64,000 nt of DNA from Camelus dromedarius (taxonomy: Eukaryota): NCBI RefSeq assembly GCF_036321535.1, contig NC_087437.1:55678001-55742000 (forward strand), read 5' to 3'. Below, one piece after another: positions 25,046 to 38,849 of this stretch; within the stretch, counting starts at the first letter, position 1; the number at the start of each line of letters is the position of its first letter. The position numbers and the translations under genes were made by a program. Under the pieces are notes generated by a model. It worked only from the letters and a program-made list of their open reading frames with translations, was not told the origin of the DNA and made no database searches.

Positions 25046-25478
25046 CAGTGGTAAGCTAGGGCTTGCTGGTACCTGCTCAGAAAAGCTGGTTATTATTAAG
25101 TGTTCAGGAATTTTGCAAACCAGTTGTTAAACAAAGCCATTATTAAAAAATAAAATATATTAACTTATACCTAAGTAAATCATATTAAAAGTAAAGGCAA
25201 TTAATAATCAAAACTCATTACTTCTTATTTCACTACATTTTACTGTTATCTACATCCTTTGGCTTTACATAAGTTGCATTTGGTGGCGAAACTGCTCCTT
25301 TTTAAGACTGTGCTGCTACTCATCTCTTCTCAACTCTGCATTCAGTGGCATCATTTTTATAGCTTAAAAAATTGGCCACAGTGGGAGTATTTACCCTATG
25401 GAAACTGACATATGCTACAAATCAGGGCTATTTTTCCCCAGAGAGCCAACTGATAAACAGGCACCAGCATGCCACTGG
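25046..25478. mobile_element. hAT-Blackjack MITE (MER63B-like)
   Basis: CAGTGG...CCACTG ends; internal ttcaggaattttgc..ccagttgttaaaca, gtgggagtattta and gctacaaatcagggct. Confidence 0.85.
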
Positions 25479-25589
25479 GAACAGGGGAATATCACAAATA
25501 TTGATTAACCACTGCTAGCCACAAAGTCAAGCCTGCTTTGATATTATCATCTTGTGTTTATATCTGTGCAGCTGTTTTGGTACAGGATC

Positions 25590-25905
25590 AGGTCCCAGTT
25601 TGGTATGTTCTGTCTAAAACTCCCAAACAGATTGGAGTCTAAGCAACTTGAGGATGAGGTTAATGTGATACTCGCTGCCACTGCATCTTGCTTTAAACTA
25701 TGAGGGGCCATGTCTAGGGCACAGTCACCACATGCAGGGCAGCAGAGCAGGAAGGAGGGAGGAACCAGTCCTTGATGATGTTACTGACCCACTGAATTCA
25801 TTCTGGAATCATACTTCAGCCATCTGGTTATGTGAAAAATTATTTTAAAGCCACTGTTACTTGGCGTGTCTATTACTTGCAGCAGAATGTAATCTAATTA
25901 ATATA
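25590..25905 (+). mobile_element. Old MaLR LTR (MLT1J/K-like)
   Basis: Motifs gtccttgatgatgttactgacccactgaatt, tttaaagccactgt and tattacttgcagcagaa. Confidence 0.65.
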
Positions 25906-26589
25906 TCAATTACACTTTTATAGATAAAAGTCAGCTAATTTCTACAGCTAAGACAGGAAAGTTCACTTAAGGTCTTATTAGCACTTCTGTTTTAAGAGCT
26001 TGTCTTTTTTATTTTTAATTTTAAGTACAACTTTGACTTAATTATAGCCTCCAGTATATGAAAGCATTATTTTAACCTAGGTTCTCCCAGAAGGAAACTT
26101 TTAAAAGTGTGAACACTCCAAATATATATTCATATAATTATGAGTGCTAATGATGTGATGAATATCTGATATCTAACTTAAAATAAATATGATTTTCCTT
26201 AGCAAAGAAAGTCACAGCAGAACCCAGTTATTCAAACATTTACTAAGCCTTTCTTATTTTTGGAGGTTGTTTATAGCTATAACATGCTTGTTGAACATAT
26301 TATCAGTGAGCATTCACCCAATTATAAACTGATGAGTAACATCTAATTAAACATTATTCTTTCAATTCCTTGGAAATTCTAATAGTTATAGAAATAATGC
26401 CTAGTGATCTGATTTTATGCTATCTAAAATGTGACCCTTTAACAGAGGAATTTCATTTTGGTTGAATAAAGAAGCAAACACTTTGCTATAACCCCCAAAC
26501 TCCTGAGGAGTGTTGCACAAAAGTAAGACCAACTAGTACAAAAAGACTAACCACAGGAGGTCATTCTTTCTATGCATCTGTCTGTTTCT

Positions 26590-28830
26590 ATACAAGGGAA
26601 AATATATAAAATCTACAATTAAAATATAAATAAGTGAATTTTTTAAAAACCCACCATATGAGCTTTATAGAAGGCTGGAGATGAAAGGAAAAAAGTGTTA
26701 GTGAACTTGAAGCAAAGATAGATTATCTAATATGAAGAAAGGAAAAAAAAATGAAGAAATATTAGGAGCACCTCATGGGTATATGGGACATTATCAACAG
26801 ATATTGCAAATGTTTAATTAAAATCCTAAAAGGGAGAGAAAATGATAATGGATGAGAGACGTCTTTAAACAAATAATGGCTGAAATTTCCCCAAATTTGG
26901 GGGAAAACATTGACTTTAAATCCTTAAGAAATTCAGAAAACACCAAACAGAACAATTACAAAGGAAACCACACCTAGACATACCACAAATACATTTACAA
27001 AAGGCAAAAATAAAGGGAAAAACCTTAAAAGCTACCAAAGAAAATGGAAAAAATGTAAGTAGTGAATAAACAATGCAAACGATGACTGGTTTCTCATTAG
27101 AAAAATGGCAGCCAAAAGACAACAGAATAATGGCATCTTGTAAACAGCAAAAGGAAAAACAGAACTGACTAAAAACAAAACAAAACCTCGTTAAACCAGG
27201 ATTCTGTATCTACTGAAAATATCTTTGAAAAACAATGGTGAAATGAAGATATTTTCAACAAAACAAAATGTGGGGAATTTGTTGTTAGTAAGCCCAAACT
27301 ATCAAAAAAAAAAAAAAGTTAAAAAAAATTCTTCAAGCCAAAAAAATTATACCAGATAGAAACTCAGATCTATAAGAAATAATAAAGAACCTAAGAAATG
27401 ACAGATAATTGGAATGTAGTCAAAGTAGTTTAATTTCTCTCACAGAGAAATTATCTTTAAATATCTGTATTACAAAAAAAAAGATAGATTTAAAATAAAT
27501 GACATAAAAAGTTTAAAATAAATGACATAAGTGCCTACATCAAAATGATAGAAAAAAGAAAAAGAGCAAATTAAAGCCTAAGAAGAAGAAAGGAAAGAAT
27601 TAAGTTATAAGCGGAAATCTACGTTAGAAAAATTAAATAAAATCAACAGCTGGTTCTTTGTAAAGTTAAGAAAAACTGTTAAATCATTAGCAAGACTAAT
27701 CAAAAAAAATCACAAAAGCTAGTATCAAAAATAAAAGAAAGGATATCACAACAGAACCTAAAGATAGCAAAAGGATAGTATGGAACTATTATAAACACCT
27801 TATTCTGATAAATTCAACATAGATGAAATTGAAATATTCCTTGAAAAATATAATTTGCCAAAATTGCCTCCTAGAGACATAAAATTTTTGAATAGCCTTA
27901 AATTTATTAAATACATTGAACTTATTATCAAAGACCTTCAAGCCACACAGAAAACTCTAGGTCCAGGTAGTGGTGAATCTAATAAACATTTAGCAAGAAA
28001 AAAATACCACTCTTACATAAATTCTTTCAGAATACAGAGGAGGAAAGAACTTTCCTCAAATCATTATAAGAAGCCAGCAATGTGGTGCAAACATTACAAA
28101 AGAAGAAAGGAGTTTTCGTATCTGTATCTTTCATGAATATGGACCCTAACAAAAATATTAGCGAATAAAATCTCTCAATATATAAACTAACAACATATGA
28201 TGACTAAGTTGTTTTATTCTAGAAATTCAAGGTTTGTCCAGAATTTGAAAGTCAATCAATTTAATCCACCACCTTACCAAAATAAAAGAAAAAAAAGTCG
28301 TCATCTAAATTGATGCAGAAAAAGTATTTGACAGAACTTAACATCGGTTTATGATAACAACTCAAGGAACTACGAAGGAAGAGATCTTCCTCAGTCTGAT
28401 AAAGGGCATCTACAAAAATCTTGCAGCCAACATTCTACTTAATAAAACATTGAGCCATCTTCTCTCCAGTGGTAAAAAAGAAAGTTTGCTCTCACCAATT
28501 ATATTCAATTATATTATTCTGGAGGCTCCAGTCAGGGCAATAAATCTTAACAGGCAAACAAGTTATAGAGATTAGAAACATAAAGTAAACCAAAGAAATC
28601 CCTCAGGAATTTACAAAAACAAGTAACTAATTAGAATTAATAAGTAAATTTAGCAAAGTCTCATAGTGCAAATACCAAAAAAGATCCATTTTATTTATGT
28701 ATACCACTAATAAACAATTGGAAAACAATGGTATTTACAATATCATAAAAACAAAAGCACAGATACTTAGAAATAAATTTAACAAAAGATGGACAAGATA
28801 TCTACATTGAAACATTGATGAGAGGAATTC
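26590..28830 (+). mobile_element. Old L1: decayed ORF1 and ORF2 segments
   Basis: ORF1-type aaataatggctgaaatttcccc and aaccacacctagacat; ORF2-type aaatcaacagctggttctttg and gatgcagaaaaagtatttgac. Strongly A-rich. Confidence 0.85.
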
Positions 28831-29506
28831 AGTCGTGTTTTATTGTCTGACATTCCTGAATAAAGAGGAAAAAAAAGAAAAAAATCACCACAATTTCATC
28901 ATCTACAGCTCTTTCACTCTTCCAAGTTACTTAACTTAGGTTAAACTCGGCTTTACTGCTATAATCCCCTTTGCCGTTGGGTTAAAAGAATTAGAAACGT
29001 AATATGTAAAGTAATTGGCCATCAGCCTGTATCTGACAGAAGCTCAGCAAATGGAAATAATTGTTTTGCTATTATTATGAATAATAAAAGGAAAACTGAA
29101 ATGCTTGTGTTTATTACTTTAGTGGTAAAGAAATTACAGACAACACTGTAAATGAAGCCAACAATGTATAATTGATTTCATAAATGAACATTAATTTTTC
29201 ATAATGATGAGAAAACCAGGTTTCTTGAGCTATGTATTTACTAATAAATTCTGAAGATAAGAAAGAAGACATAAAACCTTGTTTGGATAGTTAATACACT
29301 AGTGTACCTGTTTTATCCCAGATTGGTACAGAAGTGGCCAGTGACCTGAGTATGTCAATATTTGACGGATTCTTTTCCTAAGAAAATGAGAAAGCATGCT
29401 CCAAGACTTCTAATTGGGACTTCTCTGGAACCTGGATGGCACCACCTAAAACTGCATATCTCCAAAAGACACAATTGCCATTATTGTTTGGAATGATGAT
29501 CTCAAG

Positions 29507-30030
29507 TGTCTTCATTCAGGTTCTGTCAAAAGCAGAGACTGAGACGAGGACTCGAGGGCTGGTAGTTTATTTGGGTGATGATGCCAGGAAGCAAGAATGA
29601 AGAAGCAGAGGAAATAAAACAGGCAACAGAAAAGTCAATATGAAGTGATTTATCGAGGTTACTGCTATGAGCAGTGAGGGCTTGTTTCCAGCATATCTTG
29701 TGAGAAACAAACAAAATGCCTCCCTGAATTTTCTGCTAAAAGAACAGAAATCTAGGGTATTCATTCAGGTTCCATTAACTGAAGATTATTTGGTGGGTAC
29801 CAACTCTCCTAAAACTCTGCTTAGCCAGGCTGTGCTTGCACTAGCCTGAGCAGACTCTTGTAGCATCAGAGAAAGCCTTAAAGTCAAATGCAGATAGAGA
29901 CAGATGAGTTTGAGAAGAGACTCCATTAATGTGTGGTTTATCTGAACTGGCACAGAACTGCCCTCTGTCGCTGGGGCTGAAATCAGAGATGAGCTGAGGT
30001 GATAATGACGTCAAGTCAAAGAACCTATCT
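29507..30030 (-). mobile_element. ERVL LTR (LTR16-like)
   Basis: tgtctt...aagcagagactgagacgaggactcgag...gtagtttatttgggtgatgatgccaggaagca resembles the reverse strand of the recalled LTR16 consensus. Confidence 0.7.
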
Positions 30031-30434
30031 ATGACACTAGCTTGAAAACACAGGTTAGGTTTTGTTTACTCTACTAATTCTGGGAAAGAGTATTCGCAGA
30101 TTTTCATCAGGACAGATTTGCATCAAAGGACAATTATCAAATTAGAATATTTAATTGTTATGCTATATAGAAAATATCTATGCTATATAGTAAAATTACT
30201 ATGTCCATAGTTCATTACTCAAAAGTGTATAAAAAGATAGGAGACTTCAAAAAAAAATGTAGAGATCAGAAATAGACTCTAACTTCGTCTACTTTTAAAG
30301 TCCAGACTGCTCGTGCTAGTTGACCCAGCTTACATAACTCATGTAGAGATAGAAACATTCCCCTTACTTTTGACCTATAGATTTTTCCAGTACACAGGCT
30401 GTATGCACATCACCTCCTGGTTGCCTGAATCGAT

Positions 30435-30730
30435 TTTTTTTTGAATTGAATTATAGTCAGTTTACAATGTTGTGTCAATTTCTGGTGTACAGCATAATGT
30501 TTTAGTCACACATATACACACATATATTTGTTTTCATACACTTTTTCATTATAGGTATTGATATTGAAATATAGTTTCCTGTGCTGTACAGAAGAAACTT
30601 GTTGTATATCCATTTTATGTGTAGTAGTTAGTATCTGCAAATCTCAAATTCCCAATATATCCCTTCCCACCTCTTCCTCCCATAACCATAAGTTTGTTTT
30701 CTACATCTCTGAGTTTGTGCCTGTTTCTGT
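30435..30730 (-). mobile_element. Camelid-type L1 3' end, 5'-truncated
   Basis: Poly-T followed by tagtcagtttacaatgttgtgtcaatttctggtgtacagc. TSD TTGCCTGAATCGAT (30421-30434)/TTACCTGAATCAAT (30731-30744). Confidence 0.9.
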
Positions 30731-31099
30731 TTACCTGAATCAATCTTGACCTGCAAACAGGTTAAATGGAAGGAGTCCCTCCTCTCCCCACTTCCATCAT
30801 TGGGCTGCTGGGCTGCATTCAAGGAAAGGCAACCAGTTACAACCCAGAGATGCAATGCCACCTCACTCTGTCTTCTGATCTGCTATGTGTTGCCTCATTT
30901 AAGGGACCAAATTCAGAGATTTAAGTTTTTGAGCAAAAAGGTCTTCTTGTTTATTAATTAGCTCTTCTGAAGAACACAACAGGTATGCATTTCCACACCT
31001 CCCCCTCTCTCCAGTGGAGCCAGAAACCTTCCTGTGGCCACTAACACACTCACCAAAAAGAACTCTGTATACCTTGAAAGCCATTTGTATAAATTTTTA

Positions 31100-32660
31100 A
31101 GTTTGTAATTAGGTAGGTTAAAGAGTAATATGCAAATGTTTAAATATTAACAGTTTCCCACATATCAAGAAAAGTCATGTGAAACTTTTAATGGCAAATA
31201 TTTTCTTTAGAAAAACAGCAAAACCTTAAAATGCTTGAAGATGACAACAAGATAAGTGCCAGATACATAAGAAACATCACAAAACTTCAATGAGAAATAA
31301 AGGCCTGAATAAAAATAGAAAAAACAGTATCTTGATGGAAATACTCGATAACGTCAAGATGTCAGTTCCCTCCCACCAAACGCATCAGAGTTCCAGTCAG
31401 TATCCTAGTGACTTTTATTTTGTGGTTAGAATTTGATAAAAGGATCCAAAGAAGTAAATGGCCAAGAAATAATTGAAAAAAAGTCAGATTTTCATTATTG
31501 GATATTAAAACATATTCCAGCTTTATAATATTAAACCTGTATGGTAAGTAAGAGTGCTGGAGTAGACAATCAACCAAACAGATTAGAAATCCAAGGAGTG
31601 GATTCTGCTACTTGATGTTATAAATCAGATTAGTGCTCAGGTAAGTGAGAGAAATAGAAACGTCAAACAGTTAAGTATCAAACCAACAAAAATGAGTCCC
31701 TATTGTGTGTTTATCAGAATTTGAAGATCTCTCTAAATGTAAAAGCAAGGGTAGAAACCCTAAAGGAAAAGACTATTTTATTTTATTATATGAAATTCTA
31801 ATTGTCTACGTTGAAATAATACTACCATATATAAATTGAAAAGAGGAACTAGGGAAAATATTTCATCATGTAGAAGACTGAGTGTTGATATTCTTAACAC
31901 ATATACTTGTATATCAATGCAAAATACAAAATTCAAAAGAAAATTAGCACAGGACATGACTAGGTAATTTCCCAAAGAAAAATGGCAAATGGCCAATACG
32001 TATGTGAAAAATGCTCAACTTTGCCAGAATCTAAAGAATGGCAAATCAAAGTTGAGCGGCCATTTTTTTTGATGAATAAATTGGCACTTTTCCTTTTAAA
32101 TTTAATACCCAGTGTCATAGAGGCTTCTATGAAGTGGTTACCTTCCTATACTGCTAAAGTTGTTACATCATTATGAAGGAAAATAGGACAATATTTGTAA
32201 AAGCCTTAAGAATGGTCACCATTTGACCTAGCGGTTTCATTTTTGGGAATTGATCATAAAGTGAAAATCAGATATAGACTGTATACAAAGTTGTTCATTG
32301 AACTATTATTTTTTTCATTTATTCATATATGTATATATTCCTTTTTGTATTCTTTTTCATTATAGGCCATTACAAGGTATTGAATATAGTTCTCTACGCT
32401 ATACAGTAGGACTTTGTTGTTTATCTGTTTTATGTATAGTAGTGTGTATCTCCAAACCCCAAACTCTCAGTTTATCCTTCCCCACCCTGTTTCCCCTCTG
32501 GTAACCATAAGTTTGTTTTCTATGTCTGTGAGTCTGTCTCTGTTTTGTAAATAAGTTCATTTGTGGGTTTTTTTTTTCTTAGATTCCACATGTAAGTGAT
32601 ATCATATGATATTTTTCTTTCTCTTCAGTATTATTTATAATAGCAAAAAATAACCCAAAG
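31100..32660 (+). mobile_element. Old L1 (L1ME-like) ORF2 3' remnants
   Basis: Motifs gtcaagatgtcagttccctccc, caaatggccaata..tatgtgaaaaatgctcaact and ccatttgacctagcggtttcatttttgggaatt. Confidence 0.75.
32312..32625 (-). mobile_element. Cetartiodactyl/camelid-type L1 3' fragment nested in the old L1
   Basis: Motifs attgaatatagtt..ctatacagtagga, ggtaaccataagtttgttttctatgtctgtgagtctg and agattccacatgtaagtgatatcat; flanked by TATTATTT on both sides. Confidence 0.85.
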
Positions 32661-32969
32661 AAAGTCAATGAGCTGTCCTCTGTGGCTTTCACTAATTGGT
32701 CTTGCCTAGGAAGCCTTTCACCCTTGTTCTGCTCTGAAAACTCCTACTCAAAAGCAACACAGACATCACTCCTGCCTCTGTGACCTTATGGTCTTTTCTA
32801 CATACTTCCAGGGTTCCCCTTACCCCGCTGCACCAAAACCATCCACCCACTTCCCACACTAGACTGGGATTCTTAGAGACAGTGGATCTTTGGATCCATA
32901 GTAAAGCCTCAGCGACTGAATGATGTGTAGAGAGTATGTACTAAAGTTACTAATGAACATCCAGTTACA

Positions 32970-33410
32970 CCAGGATCATACCAAGCACTTCCATATGCTA
33001 TTTCATTTAATCTTCACAAAAAATCTTATCTTGTAGATGCTTTTCTCATTTCCATTGTACAGATGAGAAAACACAGGATTAGCAATTCATTAACATGCCA
33101 AGTCCATGTAGCTATTAAATGGTAAAGCTGAGACACAAGCCTACATTGATCATAATCCCCCGGGCTCTAACTCTTAAAGATTATAAAGACATTACCTAAA
33201 AGAACACTATATCTAACTTATAATAATAGATAACCATGTGCCAGGCATTGTATTAAATGCTTTATATGTATCTACTCATTTAAGCTTAACATCTTCATGT
33301 GGTAGATACTACTATTATCCCCATTTCACAGATGGAAATATCGGCACAGAACAATTGTATAATTTGCCAAACGCCTGATGGCTAGTGAGTGGCAGAGCTA
33401 GAATGAAGCC
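32970..33410 (-). mobile_element. Two MIR SINEs
   Basis: Motifs ttcatttaatcttcacaa, acagatgagaaa, atgtgccaggcattgt and ccccatttcacagatg. Confidence 0.8.
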
Positions 33411-34209
33411 ACATCCATTACCATTGGCTGTCTTGTAAAGTTCTTACCATTTGTGTGATGCTTTGATAACAATTTATAACACATAGCCAACTCACTGGCT
33501 TACTCTAGAGACAAATCTATCTCTAAAAACTTAGTTGCTGAAATACAAGATGCCAGCGCGGCACACACAGTGGGAAGCAGGAGAAATGCCATTTCTAAAA
33601 CATGAAGGGGCTATCTTCCTTCCTTAGCATCCAGTGAATCGGTTCCATTCCCTATCGTATTTAGCACATTGAATATCCCACCATACAGTTGGACACCTTC
33701 AGCTCCCAAACACAGCCAAAAATGATGACTTCATCCTCTGTTCCTTCTCTGGGAACACGGTCTCCTCTTTATACTTGAACATGAAGTCATCGCAGCAGCC
33801 TGCCAGTCAGAGCCCCAGCTCACTACTTCTGAATTTATAGAATCTCCGTTTTGCATGACCTGGAATAGCAACAGCTCAGCACCTGCTCTCAAAGTGTTAA
33901 AGTGCCCAATGTTCTCACCAGAAGGAAATCTGCAGAATTCAGACATGTCACCTAGGATGAAAAATAGGTCCAGTAAGGTTTTACATTCAAGGTTTTAGGG
34001 ACTAACAAGATTTGATTACATCCTAGACATTACATCCTAGACAACTGCAGGAAAGCAGTTGGTGAAATATCATGACTGCAGCACGGGATGCGGGTGGGTG
34101 AAAGGGCTCACGGCGTGACGTGGTCCTCCTCTAGAACGGGGAGAACTTCTCAAGACTAAAGGGCCGTATTGCTCCAAAGAGATTCTTTCATTCTTTACCT
34201 TCCGTTTAG

Positions 34210-34620
34210 GAACTCAACATTTATTTGGTACCTATGGTGTGCCAGGTACTTTGCTAGATGCCAAGAATACCAAGCTAAGAAAGAAACACTCTCTCTTCAA
34301 AAACCTAACATCCTGTAGGGAAGAGAGATAGTCAATCAAACAATTGCCCTGCAGGGGGCTTTGAAGGTAACGTGGACAGAGCGACGAACTCCACTTTAGG
34401 AAGTCAAACTGGTGGAAAAGGGAATTTCAGAAAGAAGGAAGTGCATGTAAGTAGGCATAAAAGTAAGAAGAAGGATGTATTTTGAAAAGTGTGGGTAATT
34501 TAGTATGTGCAAGACCGACAGCAGGAAATGGGAATAGACTAGGGCAGAGGGGTATGTGCCACCTTGTGGGTGATGTTAAGGGGTTTAGACTTAATCTGCA
34601 CATCACTAGAGCAGGAAATA
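34210..34620 (-). mobile_element. L2 fragment
   Basis: Motifs caacatttatttggtacctatggtgtgccaggtactttgctagatg and gttaaggggtttagactt. Confidence 0.7.
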
Positions 34621-35776
34621 ATTATTTACTCTCAGGAAATGGAAGTATATAGAAACACAGAGTAGAAGTAAAAGTAGAAAGTGTTAGTTAACAAAGCTAA
34701 CCGAGGAGAGGAATGGTAGTGTGGGTAAGGTGGAGTCTGTCATCTTACTGTATAATCCTCTGTGTTATTTTAATTTCTGTGGTGGGTGTGCACTAATGTA
34801 TTATGTATGAAATGAAGACAAACCAATAAATACAGAGGGAAAAAAGGAAGAGAATAAGAAAGACCCTAAGTATGACAGGCCCTCAGAAAACTAGAAATGA
34901 GGAGAGTCAAACAGAATGTAGGGTAAATGTTAAGAACTTCCTAAAAACCTATGAGATTATTTTCAATATAGCCAAGGATAGGAATCAGTGAGCAGACTGC
35001 CATAGCACTGAGGGGACCTCTGGAAGGGGAGGAGTCTGTGTGGGTGGGTGGGCGGGGTTAGTGGGGGGGGGGGGGAAGGCAGGAAGGGGATGTTAAGGGA
35101 CTTGGATGAGTTAGTTTGTAAAGACCAAGCAGCAAATAGACTAGCTTTCTTTTTTTCTTTCTCTTTTTTTCCCTTGTGTAATGTTTATTCATTTATTACT
35201 AATTTTTTGAGATGTTGGTTTTTGTCTTTTCTTCCATTTACTTTCCTACTTTTGTCCCCTGCCTGTATTTCTGCCTCTGTCTCACTTTGTTTCGAATACT
35301 TCTAGCATTTTGTCTTCAGGGCTACTTCCTTTTCCTTTCTCCTGCCTTTGTTCCTCTCACCCGGCTTCTTCCATCCTCTAAAGCCCAGTCAAGATGATGC
35401 TTTCGAGAACCCACTTCCTACTTTTAGGTCTTCTTCATATGAACTCCTGTAGCATTTTTGTTGAATTTCTCTGTAGTGCCTGGTTCCCTGTATACTCCTC
35501 AGAAGTTTATTTCTAGGACTGGTTCATGGTTCATCTTCAGTGTGTGTTCAGTGGAGGAAAGAGGGAAAGACAGGAAAGAGGAAAGAAAGAAAAGAAAGCC
35601 CTTCCTCTCTCAACTGGTTTTTCTATACAATTAGAATTGTGATAATAATATTTATTTAATGCATTTGTCTCTTCCCAGTGGTATTAGCTTTAAAGGGTTG
35701 AGGGGTGAATTAGAAATCATACATTTCTTCTTCAAAAACAATCTCCTTGAGACAATATGAACTCAAAAAAGAAAAA

Positions 35777-35886
35777 AATATATATATATATAAATATAAA
35801 TAAATATTTATATATATATATAAAAATCATATATAAATATATATATATGAATATATATATGAATATATATATATATATATATATAT
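35777..35886. repeat. Imperfect (TA)n microsatellite
   Basis: About 110 bp of near-alternating T/A. Confidence 0.95.
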
Positions 35887-36529
35887 GAGACTAACTGAAA
35901 AAACAAATGGCCAGGGAGAAGAAGAAAAGAGTAGTGAGATGAACCTTACTTTGGGAATCAGAAACTTCATATTCTAGTCTTGACCTGGTCCCAGGTAGCT
36001 TTGCAGCTTAGAATATTGCACTTCACCTTTCTGAGTCACAGTTTTGTCCCTGTAAACTGAGTTTGACTATAGAGTCTCTAAATTGTTTGATTTTTCTTGG
36101 TAGAAGGATCGGGAGAGGGGGTGCAAAGTTGGGGGTCATCCTTGTTCCAAGAGAGGAAAGGAAGTCAGTAGGAATGTGTTCTCTGAGTGTCCAGGTCCAG
36201 ATCCACCCTAGGCACTGATTTCTGAGTTTATCCCTTGAACCAGTATTTGTGGCTTCTTCTTCTCAACACAGGCTGGGAATGGAAGCTAGTGAGTGAGTGA
36301 GAAGTGATCTCAACAAGAGTGGCTGGGAAAGGAACTGTCTCAGAGGCCGGGTAGTAATGCCAGACAGAGAAACTGAGACACAGCTTAGCGGACTGTCCTT
36401 AGTTCTGCGACCATGGACCCTCACATCCTGGCTTTGAAAGAGTGAGTGGCAGGTGCCCTTGACTGTGACTCCCTGAGAAACAAATTCATGGATTGCTAGG
36501 ACTGGGGAGGATCTTAGGGTCCACCTAAT

Positions 36530-36950
36530 TGAAAAAGAATAAATCAAAACACATACACACTAGAACTAAAAAATTAATTACAAAGCTCACTAACTTGCCA
36601 GGTAAGGGAGCACACCTCCAGTGAAAAAGTTCACTGGAAAGTTATTAGGGGGGGATTCAGGGGTTTTAAGTGCTAGAAGGAGATGTTTCATGGTGACTGG
36701 GCTAATGGAGTGAAAATGTGTACTCCGGATAAGGGAGAAGCAGGCTATAGGTCTGCACACAGTTGGGCATAATAAGCCATCAGTCAGGAAAGAGTCTTCA
36801 GTCAGGTTTAACAGAGTCTGGAGAACCAGGACGACTCAAAGCCCATGGTCCATTACTGGCTCACTGGGCTCAAATTAGTTGTGATGAAACACAACCGTTT
36901 TGATATTTCCAAACCTAGTGTTCATGTAACTACAAAGCTGTCCTTTTACA
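36530..36950 (-). mobile_element. LTR-like insertion (probably an ERV1 solo LTR) splitting a MIR
   Basis: TGAAAAAG...CTTTTACA termini. The MIR halves rejoin across it (ggatcttagggtccacctaat | caacccagtcccgtcattttagagatgggaaaac). The TSD is degenerate and the strand is tentative. Confidence 0.6.
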
Positions 36951-38849
36951 CAACCCAGTCCCGTCATTTTAGAGATGGGAAAACCAAGACAAGAAATGGG
37001 AAACCACCTGCCTGGTTTGAAGGAGCTCATCTCTGTGTCAGAAATCTGCTTGTCCTTGACCTTGGATGCCAGCCTGGTGTAGGACTTCGATGGCCTGCCT
37101 TCCTACCACTCTCATCCTTATTGTATTTGCTTCCTTTGTACATTGGGAACCTAGTTTGTGTTATTTTTGTATAATTGCAAAGGAATTTGGTATTAGTCTG
37201 AAAATGAAATGGGCTACTTCAATAAACAGTAAGACTACCAACGATCTGAATTGACCAGAGAATAGCAAGACAGTGGCAGGGCCACTGGAAAGAAATAGCA
37301 ACCCTCAAATGAGTGGTTGTACTCAATGCCCCATAAGGTGCCTCAAATTCTAAAACTCTACATCAGCAGGACTGTGAGCATTGTGTTGTCATTGTCCCAG
37401 TATCTTCTCCTCTACCATGAGCATACTGAAAGCAGAAACAGTGTCTTATTCCCAATGCTCTGGAATGTATCAGGTGTCCAAAAGATGCCCATTAAATAAC
37501 TGAGTGGGCATGTAAACCGTGGAGCAAACAGTTGGAGATCTCTTTGGAAGGACATCGATAGGGACTAGCGTATGTTGTTGCTCTTTATATTCTTTTCATT
37601 TCAAAGAAAGCCCTGATGCTGTGTGATCTGAAAGTTGCAAAGTCTTCATCTATTACAGCCCTGCAATTCTATTAGAGGCGAAGTGAAGCAATGATTATAT
37701 CCAAAAGTCCCACAATAAGATGCAGTGTCTGGTCCCTTACAAAGAACTGGGGGTTGACAGTATTGAGTTTAAAGAAATATTTTCATTCTGAGAAAAATAC
37801 ACTAAAAATCTTCAAACTGTAAAATGCCTTAGAGGGAGTCTTGTCTAACCCTCCCCATGTTCCCTACCCCTTTACCCCCTGTTACTGTAGGGACGAGTAA
37901 CTAGAGAACTAGAAAAATGCGTAATTTAACTCATCTCCAAATCTCTAGGCCTCAAATATTCAGAAACATTATCAGTGAACGTGAGTATAGGGGGTGAACT
38001 TTCCTAAGATATGAAAGGTTTATTCCGATTCTTCTGTGCCTGCAGGAAGCTTCTTGATTGCAAACACTTGGTTGCCTAAGAGGATACAGTTTCCACTCAC
38101 TTCTGACACTGAATGTACTGGCTATAACACCCCTATGTCCAAGAAACAGCTGTTTCGTTTCCTCTTGCTCTGAAGTTACTTCCTGATCCATTCCCTCCCC
38201 AAACCCAACCGAGTCCTAATCACTGTGCTGTTAAACAAACGAAGATGTGGCTGCTGATAGGATTCAGTCCTCCAGGAGTTTATGGCCACCAAGTTTGGCA
38301 AGGGAGCTGATCAGAAAGCTGATACCCACTGCTACAGCAACCCTGCTCCCCCGGGACACCCTAGGACCTAATAGGAGCAAGTACGATGTCTGTATAAGCG
38401 GTGGCTTGAGAGGTCTGGCAGGGTTTCTGTTTAGAGAGGGTGAATGTAGCTCTACACGCTTATTAGGGAGATAAAGCTGTTTCCTGCCCCACATTACTTT
38501 TCCCTGAATTAAGAATCTCAAAACATTAGAACTGAAATGTACTTTACAGGTCAGCTTGTATTTAACTCCTCACTCTACAATTGGCAGAGACTAAGCCTCA
38601 GAGAGAGGAAACAAGCTTCCTTGAATCACACATCTGCCATGGCAGATGGAGTTTTCTGACTCCTGGAGTACCTTCCACCAAACTCGGCTGCATCCACCAG
38701 CAGCGGAGAATGACAGATTGACCAACGTGAAAATCTATCTTCTTACAGGTGGAGGAATTGAGACACTGTATTATATTTAACTTGTTCAAGATCATACACC
38801 AAAACTTAGTGGCTGAGCTTATTTTAAACCAAAAATTCTTTATCTAAGG

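Noticed and set aside
31751..31760. GTAGAAACCC, resembling the start of TP63 exon 2
   Set aside because: The match ends after 10 nt, has no acceptor, and lies in an L1 remnant.
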